64,000 bases of DNA from NCBI GenBank assembly GCA_039815185.1, contig JBCBZT010000026.1, forward strand, positions 44,205 through 108,204, written 5' to 3'. Shown one piece after another: positions 20,575 to 30,166 of this stretch. Source of the DNA: Cyanobacteria bacterium P01_A01_bin.123. Lineage in GTDB: Bacteria; Cyanobacteriota; Cyanobacteriia; Phormidesmidales; Phormidesmidaceae. The position numbers and the translations under genes were made by a program. Below the pieces are notes generated by a model, which worked only from the letters and a program-made list of their open reading frames with translations, was not told the DNA's origin and searched no databases. How positions within the stretch are numbered: position 1 is the first letter of the stretch; each line of letters opens with the position of its first letter.

Positions 20575-21207
20575 ATGCCAGATGTCCACCTAATCCGACA
20601 CCCCCTTGTCCAACACAAGCTTACTATCATGCGGCAAGTGGACACCAGTACTGCTAAATTTCGAGCATTACTCAAAGAAATCAGCATGCTGTTGGCCTAT
20701 GAGGTTACCCGTGATCTACCTTTGAAAGCAGAAACTATTCAAACCCCTTTGGCAACAATGGAAGCACCGGTATTAGCACCTGACAAGAAGATGGTGGTGG
20801 TATCGATTATGCGAGCAGGGCAAGGCATTCTCGACGGCATTTTGGAACTGATTCCGTCTGCAAGGGTGGGGCACATTGGGCTCTACCGCGACCCGCGTAC
20901 CCATGTAGTGATTGAGTATTACTTTAAAGTACCCCAGGATGTCGCTGGGCGCGATTTCTTGGTCGTCGACCCGATGATTGCGACGGGAAATACTGCGATC
21001 GCAGCCGTCAACCGCCTCAAGCAAATTAATCCCCAATCCCTTCGTTTTATGTGTCTGTTAGCTGCCCCAGAAGGTATTGCTCAATTCCACCAAGCCCACC
21101 CTGATGTGCCGCTCTACACTGCTGCCATTGATGACAAGCTTGATGAGCACGGCTATATCTTACCGGGCTTAGGAGATGCAGGCGATCGCTTGTTTGGCAC
21201 ACGCTAG
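20575..21207 (+). CDS. upp: Uracil phosphoribosyltransferase
   Basis: [39 protein letters not shown]. Confidence 0.97.
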   Translation: MPDVHLIRHPLVQHKLTIMRQVDTSTAKFRALLKEISMLLAYEVTRDLPLKAETIQTPLATMEAPVLAPDKKMVVVSIMRAGQGILDGILELIPSARVGHIGLYRDPRTHVVIEYYFKVPQDVAGRDFLVVDPMIATGNTAIAAVNRLKQINPQSLRFMCLLAAPEGIAQFHQAHPDVPLYTAAIDDKLDEHGYILPGLGDAGDRLFGTR

Positions 21208-21410
21208 ACCATCAAACCTTTAAACCGTTTCCGCATTCTGAATCGGCGTTTTGCTTATGGGAACTCCACATGCTGGGCTAGCCTGGATGTATAGCGCTGG
21301 CCAGATTGCTTAGTGCACCGAGTATCGCCATGATGCTGAGTACACAAGCAATCTGGCTCGCGGTAGGCACAAAGCTTTGTGCGCTACCGCCATAGCTTCA
21401 AGCCATAATC

Positions 21411-21441
21411 AAGAAAAAGCCCCCGTTTTAACAACGGGGGC
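21411..21441 (-). terminator. Intrinsic terminator for a minus-strand transcript with no obvious gene
   Basis: GCCCCCGTT/AACGGGGGC stem preceded on + by AAGAAAAA, which is a U-tract on the minus strand. Confidence 0.7.
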
Positions 21442-21967
21442 CTTGCTGGTTATAGGAGAAAGTTGAACACCAACTTAATGTGCGCAAAGCCTTGATGACG
21501 CTGCGATGGAGCAGGCAGACATTACTCACAACGTTAGCTACAGTCTTCAGAGCAAGCATTTCATAAAGCAGAACAAAAACCTTAGATCTTGCTCCTCCAT
21601 ACAAAACTCTTGCATCAGAGACAGCTTTATAGTGCCGTGAATCCGCTAATTTTTGGGTGATAGCTATCTATCCAACCTGTGATTATTACCCCTAACACAG
21701 GTGACTCAGATCACCCATCTCTAGCATTGGTTGGGAGGAGTCAGCCTTCCAAACGGTCTACCCGCCTAGACTCCTAGCTCTCCTGAGCTAAAAGCTCAAG
21801 CGTTTTTCCTTGCAGAAGAAGCGCAGGCCTTAGCCCTACTCAGTATTTCCAGTCGGGTGTGGTTTAGGGTGCTACCGAACCCCGCCGTTCGGCATTGACC
21901 CCTGAAGGATGTTAACAACCTCGTCTATATTAAAAACTGTGTTACCAAATTTTGGGTTATAAAGCTT

Positions 21968-22621
21968 ATGGTGTTATTTGGATTTGGCAAAAAGCTAAGT
22001 ATGCCAACCGCTGAGGCGGCACTACCGGGACGGGCGGAGGCCATGCCAGTACCCGAGCGCCATTATGTTAATGGCAATCCACTCCAGCCTCCCTTTCCAG
22101 AGGGCATGGAAACTGCGATGTTTGGCCTGGGTTGTTTTTGGGGTGCCGAGCGTTGTTTTTGGCAGCAGGCAGGTGTCTTTTCTACGGCTGTTGGATATGC
22201 TGCTGGCCATACTCCCAACCCCACTTACCAAGAAGTTTGCAGCGGTCAAACCGGGCATAACGAGGTCGTGCAGGTGATATATGACCCCAATGTAATTAGC
22301 TATGAGCAACTGCTCAAGGTATTTTGGGAAAGCCATAACCCTACCCAGGGTATGCGCCAGGGCAATGATATGGGTACCCAATATCGCTCTGGGGTTTATA
22401 CCTACTCTGAATCTCAGCGTCAATTGGCGGAAGCGAGCCTTGGGGCTTATCAAACAGCTCTAGCAGAAGCAGGTCACGGTAAAATCACGACTGAAATCCT
22501 GGATGCACCATCCTTTTATTATGCTGAGAGCTATCACCAGCAGTACTTGGCCAAGAACCCCAACGGCTACTGCGGGTTAGGCGGCACCAACGTTGCTTGC
22601 CCGATTGGCCTGGGCGTTTAG
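21968..22621 (+). CDS. msrA: Peptide-methionine (S)-S-oxide reductase
   Basis: GCFWG active site, [22 protein letters not shown]. Confidence 0.97.
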   Translation: MVLFGFGKKLSMPTAEAALPGRAEAMPVPERHYVNGNPLQPPFPEGMETAMFGLGCFWGAERCFWQQAGVFSTAVGYAAGHTPNPTYQEVCSGQTGHNEVVQVIYDPNVISYEQLLKVFWESHNPTQGMRQGNDMGTQYRSGVYTYSESQRQLAEASLGAYQTALAEAGHGKITTEILDAPSFYYAESYHQQYLAKNPNGYCGLGGTNVACPIGLGV

Positions 22622-22769
22622 TCAGGGCGTTTAGTTGAAGGCTTGGTGACACACACTGGGTTAAGCACTCATTTGCGCGATCGCGTTGAATTTTCCAAAC
22701 TTGCGCGATCGCGTAAAAATCCTTCTCAAGTGGGCCAAGAAACATGTATTCGCAGCTATTGCTACTACC

Positions 22770-23318
22770 ATGACCCTCTTTCCTTTGGAAACTGAGCGAT
22801 TGTGGATTCGCTACTGGCAGCCGAGTCAAGATGCGGCCCAAGCCTATGAAATTTACAGCGATCCCCGAGTGACTCAGTGGATTGGCGACAAGACCACTGC
22901 CCAAACGATTGAGGATGTGCGCGATCGCTTACAACGCTACTGCGATCGCTTTTACAAGGCTGCTGAAGGTACTGGCTGCTGGGCCGTGGTCGAAAAAAAC
23001 ACCGAACAAATTATTGGCAACGTACTGCTGGTACGCCTACCTGATGGTCATGGCAACCCTTGTGAAGATCGCGAAATTGGCTGGCATTTTCGTCCTGCCA
23101 GTTGGGGCTATGGTTACGCAACTGAAGCAGCTCGGCGGATTGTCGATTATGGGTTTCAAACATTAAATTTAGCCGAACTGTACGCTGTAGCGATGGTAGG
23201 CAACCAGCGTTCAACCCGAGTGATGAAACGCCTCGGTATGGCTACCCTTGGCATCACCACAAATTACTACAGCGGTGCCGAATTACTCCTCTACCGACTG
23301 CGTGCCCCTCAGCATTAG
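22770..23318 (+). CDS. GNAT N-acetyltransferase (RimJ/RimL type)
   Basis: LETERL, EIGW, WGYGYATEAA, N.RS.RVMKRLGM. Confidence 0.88.
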   Translation: MTLFPLETERLWIRYWQPSQDAAQAYEIYSDPRVTQWIGDKTTAQTIEDVRDRLQRYCDRFYKAAEGTGCWAVVEKNTEQIIGNVLLVRLPDGHGNPCEDREIGWHFRPASWGYGYATEAARRIVDYGFQTLNLAELYAVAMVGNQRSTRVMKRLGMATLGITTNYYSGAELLLYRLRAPQH

Positions 23319-23421
23319 CACCCCAGATAGGCTGATTAAAATATCAATGCTGGTTAGCAGCGTCACACATCTTTTGTGGGCCGCGTGGCTATGCCCCCTT
23401 ACCCAATCCTTATATTTAGCG

Positions 23422-24114
23422 CTACTTGGAAGATTTAATCTCAACCCAAGTCTTAACCCCATCAATTACCTGGGCTGCTGTGGCCGTCCAGCCAACAATA
23501 CCACCCTGGGCCCGTACCATGTCTAAGGTGGCTTGTTTGAACTCTGGGAAATAGCTAGCCGTAGCGTCTTCAACCAAGAGGCAATTATAGCCACGATCGT
23601 TTGCTTCGCGCATGGTGCTTTGCACGCATACTTCTGTCGTTACTCCAGTGATGATCAGGTGAGAAATATCGTGGGTTTTGAGCAAAAACTCCAGATTAGT
23701 GTTGTAAAATGCCCCTTTACCTGGCTTGGGGATTACGGTTTCGTGGGGTAGTGGGGCTAATTCTGGAATGATGGCATTCCCCGGTTCTCCCAAAACTAAA
23801 ATCCGTCCCATAGGGCCAGGGTCACCGATTTTGAGGGCAGCGTTGCCTCGGTTCCGCTTAGTCGGTGGGCAGTCTGATAAGTCAGGATGGTGGCCTTCTA
23901 CAGTTTGAAAAATAACCAGGTTCAACTGACGAAAGATCGCTTGCAACGATTGAATTGCAGGCGCGATCGCCTCTAATTGTGATACGTCGTTCCCCAAAGC
24001 TTCCCCAAAACCACCCGGTTCTAAAAAGTCCCGCTGCATATCGATAATCAATAGGGCAACCCCTGTCTCAGTGGGTAACGGATAATCATAGGGTTGGGCT
24101 GCAATTACTGCCAT
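23422..24114 (-). CDS. Isochorismatase-family cysteine hydrolase, triuret hydrolase (TrtA)-like
   Basis: Asp-Lys-Cys triad in IDMQRDF, KPGKGAF, TTEVCV; GGFGEALGND, SYFP and QGGIVG match the TrtA rather than the BiuH pattern as recalled. Confidence 0.8.
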   Translation of the reverse strand: MAVIAAQPYDYPLPTETGVALLIIDMQRDFLEPGGFGEALGNDVSQLEAIAPAIQSLQAIFRQLNLVIFQTVEGHHPDLSDCPPTKRNRGNAALKIGDPGPMGRILVLGEPGNAIIPELAPLPHETVIPKPGKGAFYNTNLEFLLKTHDISHLIITGVTTEVCVQSTMREANDRGYNCLLVEDATASYFPEFKQATLDMVRAQGGIVGWTATAAQVIDGVKTWVEIKSSK

Positions 24115-24116
24115 CA

Positions 24117-25664
24117 CTAATGTCCTGCCATTTTTTGACCAATGAGCTGTAAATCTGCCTGGTCAACCGGGCCTTCGTAAACAAACTCCCCTTCGCTAAT
24201 GACAATGATTTGATCAGCTAGACTCAACAACTCATCTAAATCTTCGCTGACCAATAGTACCGCCACCCCCCGATTGCGGGCTTCCACAATGGCGCTATGA
24301 ATAAAGTCCACGGCCGAAAAATCTAGCCCAAAGCAGGGATTGGCCGCGATCAGTAGGCGGATGTGGTCAGAAGACAACTCCCGCGCCAACACCGTCCGCT
24401 GTATGTTTCCCCCAGACAGATTGCTCACGGGTACATCGGGTGACGGCGTCTTGACCGAAAAAGTCTGAATCAGCCCCTGAGCCATCTGCCGAATTGCGTT
24501 GAGCACTAGCAACCAATTCCATTTGGCCTGGGGCGGTTTATCAAAAGTTCGGAGGGCCATGTTTTCGGCCACACTCATGTGGGGTACACAGGCATTGCGA
24601 AGGGGTTCTTCTGGCAAAGCAAATACCCGATGGCGATCCATCTCGGTGCGGGTAGCCGTGTAAGCTTCGCCATTGACTTTGATAGTGCCTTGGTTTGCCG
24701 TTCGCTGCCCCGCCAGCACCTCTATCAGTTCTCGCTGACCATTGCCAGAAACCCCAGCAATACCGACAATCTGGCCACTTTGGACCGTCAGATCAACCCC
24801 GCTGACAGCAGGCAATCCATTGTCTTTGTTGGCGTGCAGTCCACGCACTTCTAGCACAGGGGTTGGGTCAGCAAAAGGAATCTTTGCCACTTCCTTCGTT
24901 TGTCGTTCTTCCCCTAGCATCATCTGGGCCATGGCTTCGACAGAAAGATGTTGTACTAACCCGTTACCCGCTAGTTTGCCTTTGCGTAGCACGGTCACTT
25001 CATCGGTAAACGCAGTGACTTCTCGAAACTTGTGGGTAATGAGCAGCACGCTTAGATGCCCGGCCTCTACCGATTGGCGCAGCAGCCCCAACACTTCATC
25101 AGCTTCCACTGGAGTGAGCACTGACGTAGGTTCGTCTAAGATCAAAATGCGGCTTTTAAGGTAAAGCTGCTTGAGAATTTCGAGCTTTTGTTTTTGCCCT
25201 GCGGCCAATTGGGCAATGGGGGTTTCCAATTCAACCTGAAATGGCGCATCAGCCATAAACGCTCGCAGCGCTTCAAATTCTTGCTTCCAGTTGATTAGGG
25301 TTTGGTTGTCGTAGCGAGAAAGCACCAAATTTTCGGCTACGGTCATCGCTGGCACCGAAGTGAAATGCTGATACACCATGCCGATGCCGCATCCATGGGC
25401 ATCTTTGGGGCTGCGAATGGTGCGCTCTGCCTGGTCGATTAAAATTCTGCCCGCGGTGGGGCTGTAAAAGCCCATGATGCATTTAACCAGGGTACTTTTA
25501 CCTGCCCCGTTTTCTCCCAGCAGGGCGTGAAAAGTACCGGGTTTCACGGTCATTGACACGTTGTCTAGGGCAACTAAGCTGCCAAACTGCTTGATCATCC
25601 CCACCACCTGCAATTCTGGAGGACGCTCGGTTTGGGTTGGCGGGGCTAGGGTAGCAGAATCCAT
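24117..25664 (-). CDS. ABC transporter ATP-binding protein with two NBDs (sugar/nucleoside type)
   Basis: GENGAGKS, LDEPT, second domain GVSGNGQ and LSGGN; abuts the hydrolase gene. Confidence 0.92.
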   Translation of the reverse strand: MDSATLAPPTQTERPPELQVVGMIKQFGSLVALDNVSMTVKPGTFHALLGENGAGKSTLVKCIMGFYSPTAGRILIDQAERTIRSPKDAHGCGIGMVYQHFTSVPAMTVAENLVLSRYDNQTLINWKQEFEALRAFMADAPFQVELETPIAQLAAGQKQKLEILKQLYLKSRILILDEPTSVLTPVEADEVLGLLRQSVEAGHLSVLLITHKFREVTAFTDEVTVLRKGKLAGNGLVQHLSVEAMAQMMLGEERQTKEVAKIPFADPTPVLEVRGLHANKDNGLPAVSGVDLTVQSGQIVGIAGVSGNGQRELIEVLAGQRTANQGTIKVNGEAYTATRTEMDRHRVFALPEEPLRNACVPHMSVAENMALRTFDKPPQAKWNWLLVLNAIRQMAQGLIQTFSVKTPSPDVPVSNLSGGNIQRTVLARELSSDHIRLLIAANPCFGLDFSAVDFIHSAIVEARNRGVAVLLVSEDLDELLSLADQIIVISEGEFVYEGPVDQADLQLIGQKMAGH

Positions 25665-26243
25665 GGCAAAGCAAGGAGAGGATGGTCGAATTTAGCGTAC
25701 CTGATCAGGGGCGATCGCGTTTGCAATCTCAGGCAACACCTGGCAATTGCACGACATTTGGCCCAGATTAGCCTTTCCCTGCCTCGAATCATCCCCCTCG
25801 AAGCTTAGAGGCTGACACGCCTGGATCCTGGGCAAGACTCTAAAACGAATGGTATCAATCAGCACCCTTTAGCCTGTATTTGAAATATGATCGAGTTGCG
25901 CTGTTTACTAGAACGCCTATTATGAAACGGGTTTACCCCTCTATCCGGTGAGCGTGAAGATATTTTGGCAGCGGCAAGTCAGCAAGATCTAGATCAACAA
26001 AAAAAAGGATTCAGATCAACGGGGCTTAGGGGAGACGATCACGGTCAATCGCGTTACTGCTTGTGTACTTTGGATTAAAGCGAACCCGTTGAAGCACAGT
26101 ATGTACCCCAAGGTTGCAATATTATTTAGGAATAAGACTGAGCTTTAACTTGCGGTGGCTCTGAAGAGCCAATCTTTGCTTTAACCCTCACAGTCGCTGA
26201 TATCCCCCATCATCCTTAACATTCACGGTTTGCATCTCAAGTT

Positions 26244-27803
26244 ATGGCAAAAGTTGCACTACTAATCGGCACCACTGACTACGAACCCGGCTTGGCCCCT
26301 CTGCCCGGTGCTCGCGAAGACGTTTTGGCCATGGAGCGGATTTTACACGATGTCAAATTAGGAGGATTTGACAAGGTAGAGGTGCTGAATAACCCCGACC
26401 CGATTGTCATGCAAACGGCCATTGAAACCCTATTTGCCAGTTGCAGTAAGCAAGATTTGGCGTTGCTATACCTCTCAGGCCACGGCATCAAAGACGATAA
26501 TGGACGACTCTACTTTGCGACCCGGATCACTCGCAAAAACGCCAAAGGTGACTTGATCAAAGCCACGGCGGTGCCTGCCAATTTTGTCCAGGGCACCATG
26601 AGCGACAGCCGCTGTAAACGTCAGGTGGTGATTCTCGATTGCTGCTTTAGCGGTGCCTTTGCCGAAGGCATGACGGCCAAAGATGATGGCACTGTAGATA
26701 TCGAAACTCAAATGGGCGGGGAAGGTCGAGCGGTGCTTACCTCCTCTAGTGCCACTCAATATTCCTTTGAAGATGAAACCGATAAGCTGTCGGTCTATAC
26801 CCGTTTCATCGTAGAAGGGATCGAAAAAGGGGTAGCTGATGCCGATAACGACGGCATCGTGTCCATCGACGAACTGCACGAGTATGCCTCTCAAAAAGTT
26901 CAGGAAGTCTCTCCGGCGATGAAGCCTAAGATTTACGCCGTAGAGGAAGGTTTCAAAATTCGGGTGGCACGGGCAGCTGTCGGCGACCCTAAGATTCGCT
27001 ATCGCAAAGAGCTAGAGCACTTCGCCAGTCGTGGGTCGATTTCCACAATTGGGCGCTATACCTTGGATGCACTAAGAAACGAGCTGAGCATCCCCGCTGA
27101 AGTCGCTAAGCAGATTGAAGCGGAGGTGTTGCAACCCTATCGTGAATATCAGGAAAAGCTAAGTCGATATGAAACAGCTCTCAAACAAGCCGTTGAACGA
27201 GAAACCCCCTTATCTCAAGTCACGGTAGATGATTTAGACCGCTATCAAATTGTCTTAGGCTTAGCCGATGAGGATATCGCCCATATTCGCGATCGCCTCT
27301 TGCCCATAACCACTAAACCTAAAGCCCCAGAGCCTTCCCTTCAGTCAGCTGCCGCAGCCCCACATCCTGTGGTGAAGGCAGCTGCGGAACCTGTTGCTGT
27401 GCAGCCCACTGAATCTCAACCGTTGCAAACTCGGCCGCAAACCCAAAGTCCTGGTGACAACAATGCCAATCGTGGCATTAAGATACCCGTCATCGTGGGG
27501 AGTGGATTGGGCGCGATCGTATTAGTTATTGGCCTCGTTGCCATCCTAAATAGTGGGGAATCCCCCCAACTCGCTGTTCAAAGTGACCCACCGCCTCGGC
27601 CAGCAGATCAATCCGATCCCCCCCCCCGTGACAATTACGATCCCCAAGACAATTACCATGATTGCATCTGCAATGAAGCCGATGGCTGCTTTGATCCCGA
27701 TATTGAGAAGACAGTTCCTTATGATCACGAGGTTGGTGATATTCCGCAAGACGCCGTGGAGGCCTTTAAAGAGGAAGGATTTGTATGCGATCCAGTGTCC
27801 TAG
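26244..27803 (+). CDS. Caspase-like (peptidase C14) protein with helical middle domain, one TM helix and small Cys-containing C-terminal domain
   Basis: KVALLIG start; His-Cys dyad in YLSGHG and ILDCCFSG; TM segment IVGSGLGAIVLVIGLVAIL. Confidence 0.88.
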   Translation: MAKVALLIGTTDYEPGLAPLPGAREDVLAMERILHDVKLGGFDKVEVLNNPDPIVMQTAIETLFASCSKQDLALLYLSGHGIKDDNGRLYFATRITRKNAKGDLIKATAVPANFVQGTMSDSRCKRQVVILDCCFSGAFAEGMTAKDDGTVDIETQMGGEGRAVLTSSSATQYSFEDETDKLSVYTRFIVEGIEKGVADADNDGIVSIDELHEYASQKVQEVSPAMKPKIYAVEEGFKIRVARAAVGDPKIRYRKELEHFASRGSISTIGRYTLDALRNELSIPAEVAKQIEAEVLQPYREYQEKLSRYETALKQAVERETPLSQVTVDDLDRYQIVLGLADEDIAHIRDRLLPITTKPKAPEPSLQSAAAAPHPVVKAAAEPVAVQPTESQPLQTRPQTQSPGDNNANRGIKIPVIVGSGLGAIVLVIGLVAILNSGESPQLAVQSDPPPRPADQSDPPPRDNYDPQDNYHDCICNEADGCFDPDIEKTVPYDHEVGDIPQDAVEAFKEEGFVCDPVS

Positions 27804-27878
27804 CAGACAATTGAGTCTTAGCCTCTGGATTCACTAACACAATTTTTCGATGGTTAGCTATGAGCAGAGCTATAAGCC

Positions 27879-27914
27879 AAAAAATCCCCCATGCATTGTT
27901 GCCAACGCATGGGG
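27879..27914 (-). terminator. Intrinsic terminator of the DUF4278-type gene
   Basis: CCCCATGC/GCATGGGG stem preceded on + by an A-run. Confidence 0.7.
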
Positions 27915-27941
27915 AAACTCAAACAACCACTAACTAACTCA

Positions 27942-27977
27942 AATAAGTGAGTTCTTGGGAATAAGTGAGTTCTTGGG
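27942..27977. repeat. 18-bp tandem duplication AATAAGTGAGTTCTTGGG x2
   Basis: Identical copies at 27942-27959 and 27960-27977. Confidence 0.9.
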
Positions 27978-27979
27978 AA

Positions 27980-28156
27980 CTAACGGACTTCAGCGCCGCG
28001 ATACTTCAAGCCAGAAACTCGATTTTGAGCTGGCATTTGCTTGGGAGAGCGCTTGCTAACAACTGCACCTCGGTAACGGCCAATCACTTCGCCTTCACTC
28101 ATTTCAACTTGAGCTTGAGGAGCTTCGTACTTAACACCGCGATAGAACAGGTTCAT
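27980..28156 (-). CDS. 58-aa DUF4278-type small basic protein (below the ORF-track cutoff)
   Basis: Manual translation MNLFYRGVKYEAPQAQVEMSEGEVIGRYRGAVVSKRSPKQMPAQNRVSGLKYRGAEVR has three YRG motifs; GAGG RBS upstream; riboswitch before and terminator after. Confidence 0.88.
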   Translation of the reverse strand: MNLFYRGVKYEAPQAQVEMSEGEVIGRYRGAVVSKRSPKQMPAQNRVSGLKYRGAEVR

Positions 28157-28190
28157 GGATTTCGCCTCTTTAATGTAGGTAGAGAATGGA

Positions 28191-28280
28191 GGCGCGTTCC
28201 TTCGGGGAGTATCCCTACTTCCGTCCCTGATGCAAGGTCATTGAATAATTCTCAAAACTGTTGCTTTCGGGATGAACGAT
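28191..28280 (-). promoter_or_regulatory. Glutamine riboswitch (glnA RNA motif) with extended P2
   Basis: Minus strand reads ATCGTTCATCCC...GGGACGGAAGTAGGG.atactc.CCCGAAGGAACGCGCC, the conserved glnA motif core, upstream of a DUF4278-type gene. Confidence 0.9.
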
Positions 28281-28287
28281 TTATTTC

Positions 28288-28303
28288 TGTATCTATTTTT
28301 ACA
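28288..28303. promoter_or_regulatory. NtcA binding site TGTA-N8-TACA, probably repressing
   Basis: TGTATCTATTTTTACA lies 7 bp from the 5' end of the riboswitch, over the expected -10 region. Confidence 0.75.
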
Positions 28304-28490
28304 GTTTTGCGCTTTCCTTGTCAAGAAAAAACTGAAAAGTTTTGGTCAACACAATGCACGAAATAAGCGTGTGGGTTTATACCTTTTTCAAGGTTTCTAC
28401 GCGATCGCCCCGATGATGTATCTCGTACGATGGGCTACATCATTCAAGTCTAAATTTATGTAAACCCAATACTGAGACTACTGACTTCCA

Positions 28491-29300
28491 ATGCACGGCC
28501 CCATTCCTGCCAACCGATTTTTCCCTTACCTATCCTGGACAGCAGTAGAAGCGCTGACCGATAAAGCCAATACCGTGATCATTCAGCCCATCGGTGCCAT
28601 TGAACAGCATGGCCCCCATTTGCCATTAGTCGTCGATGCCGCGATCGCCGTTTCAGTGCTCGGACGCGCCCTAGAAAAGTTGCCTTCTGATATCCCTGCC
28701 TATGCCTTGCCCCCCCTGTATTACGGCAAATCTAACGAGCACTGGCACTTCCCCGGCACTATTACCCTTTCAGCCCAAACCCTAATAGCTGTGCTCACTG
28801 AGGTGGCCGAAAGCATTTATCGAGCCGGGTTACGTAAGTTGGTTTTACTCAATGCCCACGGGGGACAGCCTCAAATCTTAGAAATTGTTGCCCGAGACCT
28901 GCACCAGCGGTACGAGGACTTCATGGTGTTTCCCCTATTTGTATGGAAAGCGCCCCATGACGCTGGAAAGCTCCTAAGCGATCAAGAAAAAGCCCTGGGT
29001 ATCCACGCTGGGGATGCTGAAACTAGCGTTATGCTTTCTCTGCTGCCCGATCAGGTAGACATGACGAAAGCAGTCAAGGAATTTCCCCATGGTCTGCCGG
29101 AAGACAGCCTGCTCAGCATGGAGGGTAAACTGCCCTTTGCCTGGACTACCCGCGACCTGACTCGCAGCGGGGTGCTAGGCGATGCCACTGTGGCCACCCA
29201 AGCCAAAGGCGATCGCATCTTGGCCTCAGTCACTGAGGGCTGGGTACAGGTGATTACAGATATTTATCGATTTCGACAGCCTCAAGCTTGGAAGGGTTAA
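28491..29300 (+). CDS. Creatininase family amidohydrolase
   Basis: GAIEQHGPHLP..D, SNEH..FPGT, NAHGG, HAG..ETS metal-binding motifs. Confidence 0.9.
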   Translation: MHGPIPANRFFPYLSWTAVEALTDKANTVIIQPIGAIEQHGPHLPLVVDAAIAVSVLGRALEKLPSDIPAYALPPLYYGKSNEHWHFPGTITLSAQTLIAVLTEVAESIYRAGLRKLVLLNAHGGQPQILEIVARDLHQRYEDFMVFPLFVWKAPHDAGKLLSDQEKALGIHAGDAETSVMLSLLPDQVDMTKAVKEFPHGLPEDSLLSMEGKLPFAWTTRDLTRSGVLGDATVATQAKGDRILASVTEGWVQVITDIYRFRQPQAWKG

Positions 29301-29594
29301 GGGATGAGAGAGGAGTTGTTCGCAAGGGGTGAGGGGTGAGCACGTTAGGCGTAAACAGCCATCCAACGGGTACGGTTTGCCAACTTATGTCATTAACTTT
29401 TGTGAATCAAAATCACGGATTCTTGCTTTGCTGAGTCACGAGCTTTGATAATCAGGGTGCATGGGGCTGTGCGATCGCGTTGGATTGATTCATTCCAAAG
29501 GCGCTCAAAGCAGAATTGCTGCATTTGCGTAGTCTTGATGGGCAAGATTCACAGTCCTCTGATAGCAATCCGATAGCGTGGAGTAATCTCGGCA

Positions 29595-30068
29595 ATGGGT
29601 CTGATTAAGAAAATTTTTGGTGGATTTTTCGCATTTATTGGTGGCTTGTTTGGCTCCCTAGGCAAACTAGTTGGTATTGGCAAATCTGATTATTATCTCG
29701 AGCTAGACGAGGCGGCAACCGGAAACAAATCTGAGGCTCCCGTGGCAGCTAAAGCCGCTGTTGCACCTGAGGCGTCTGCAAAGGCAAACACTCAACCTAA
29801 AGCATCTAAAAAACCAGTTCCTGCTGGTCGGACGGCTCCTACCCCAGTCCCTAAAGCAAAGCAAGTCCCTACACCCACTTTGGTTGAAGGTGAATTACCA
29901 GTAGCCCAAGCATCAGCAAACGGTTCTAAAAAAACTGGCACTGAGCCCACTTTCGCAACTGATTATTTGGTCAATCCTCGGCTCAGCAATGGCGGTCGTC
30001 GTCGTCCTGGGCCTAGCCTCTCTCCTTTTAAGGACATGGCAAAACAGGTCAAGACACCATTCGTATAA
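29595..30068 (+). CDS. Conserved cyanobacterial hypothetical protein
   Basis: Amphipathic N-terminus, YYLELD motif, Pro/Ala/Lys linker, C-terminal RRRPGPSL..FKDMA; GGAG RBS. Confidence 0.75.
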   Translation: MGLIKKIFGGFFAFIGGLFGSLGKLVGIGKSDYYLELDEAATGNKSEAPVAAKAAVAPEASAKANTQPKASKKPVPAGRTAPTPVPKAKQVPTPTLVEGELPVAQASANGSKKTGTEPTFATDYLVNPRLSNGGRRRPGPSLSPFKDMAKQVKTPFV

Positions 30069-30120
30069 GCCTTCTTAGACAAAAGTCTTGGCTAATACCA
30101 ATTGCGTATCAAGGTGATTA

Positions 30121-30151
30121 AGGGGCGTAAGTGATTGCGTCTCTTTTTTTT
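30121..30151 (+). terminator. Intrinsic terminator
   Basis: AGGGGCGTAA-gtga-TTGCGTCTCT followed by a T-run. Confidence 0.65.
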
Positions 30152-30166
30152 AGGTGACTTATTTTT

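Noticed and set aside
22673..22714. TTGCGCGATCGCGT repeated twice
   Set aside because: Mostly explained by two neighbouring HIP1 octamers.
25852..25865. Variant NtcA site (GTG-N8-TAC on the minus strand) upstream of the ABC ATPase/hydrolase genes
   Set aside because: Imperfect palindrome with no TAN3T element at the canonical distance.
27965..28366. 133-aa plus-strand ORF
   Set aside because: Antisense to the DUF4278-type gene and the riboswitch, which explain the sequence better.
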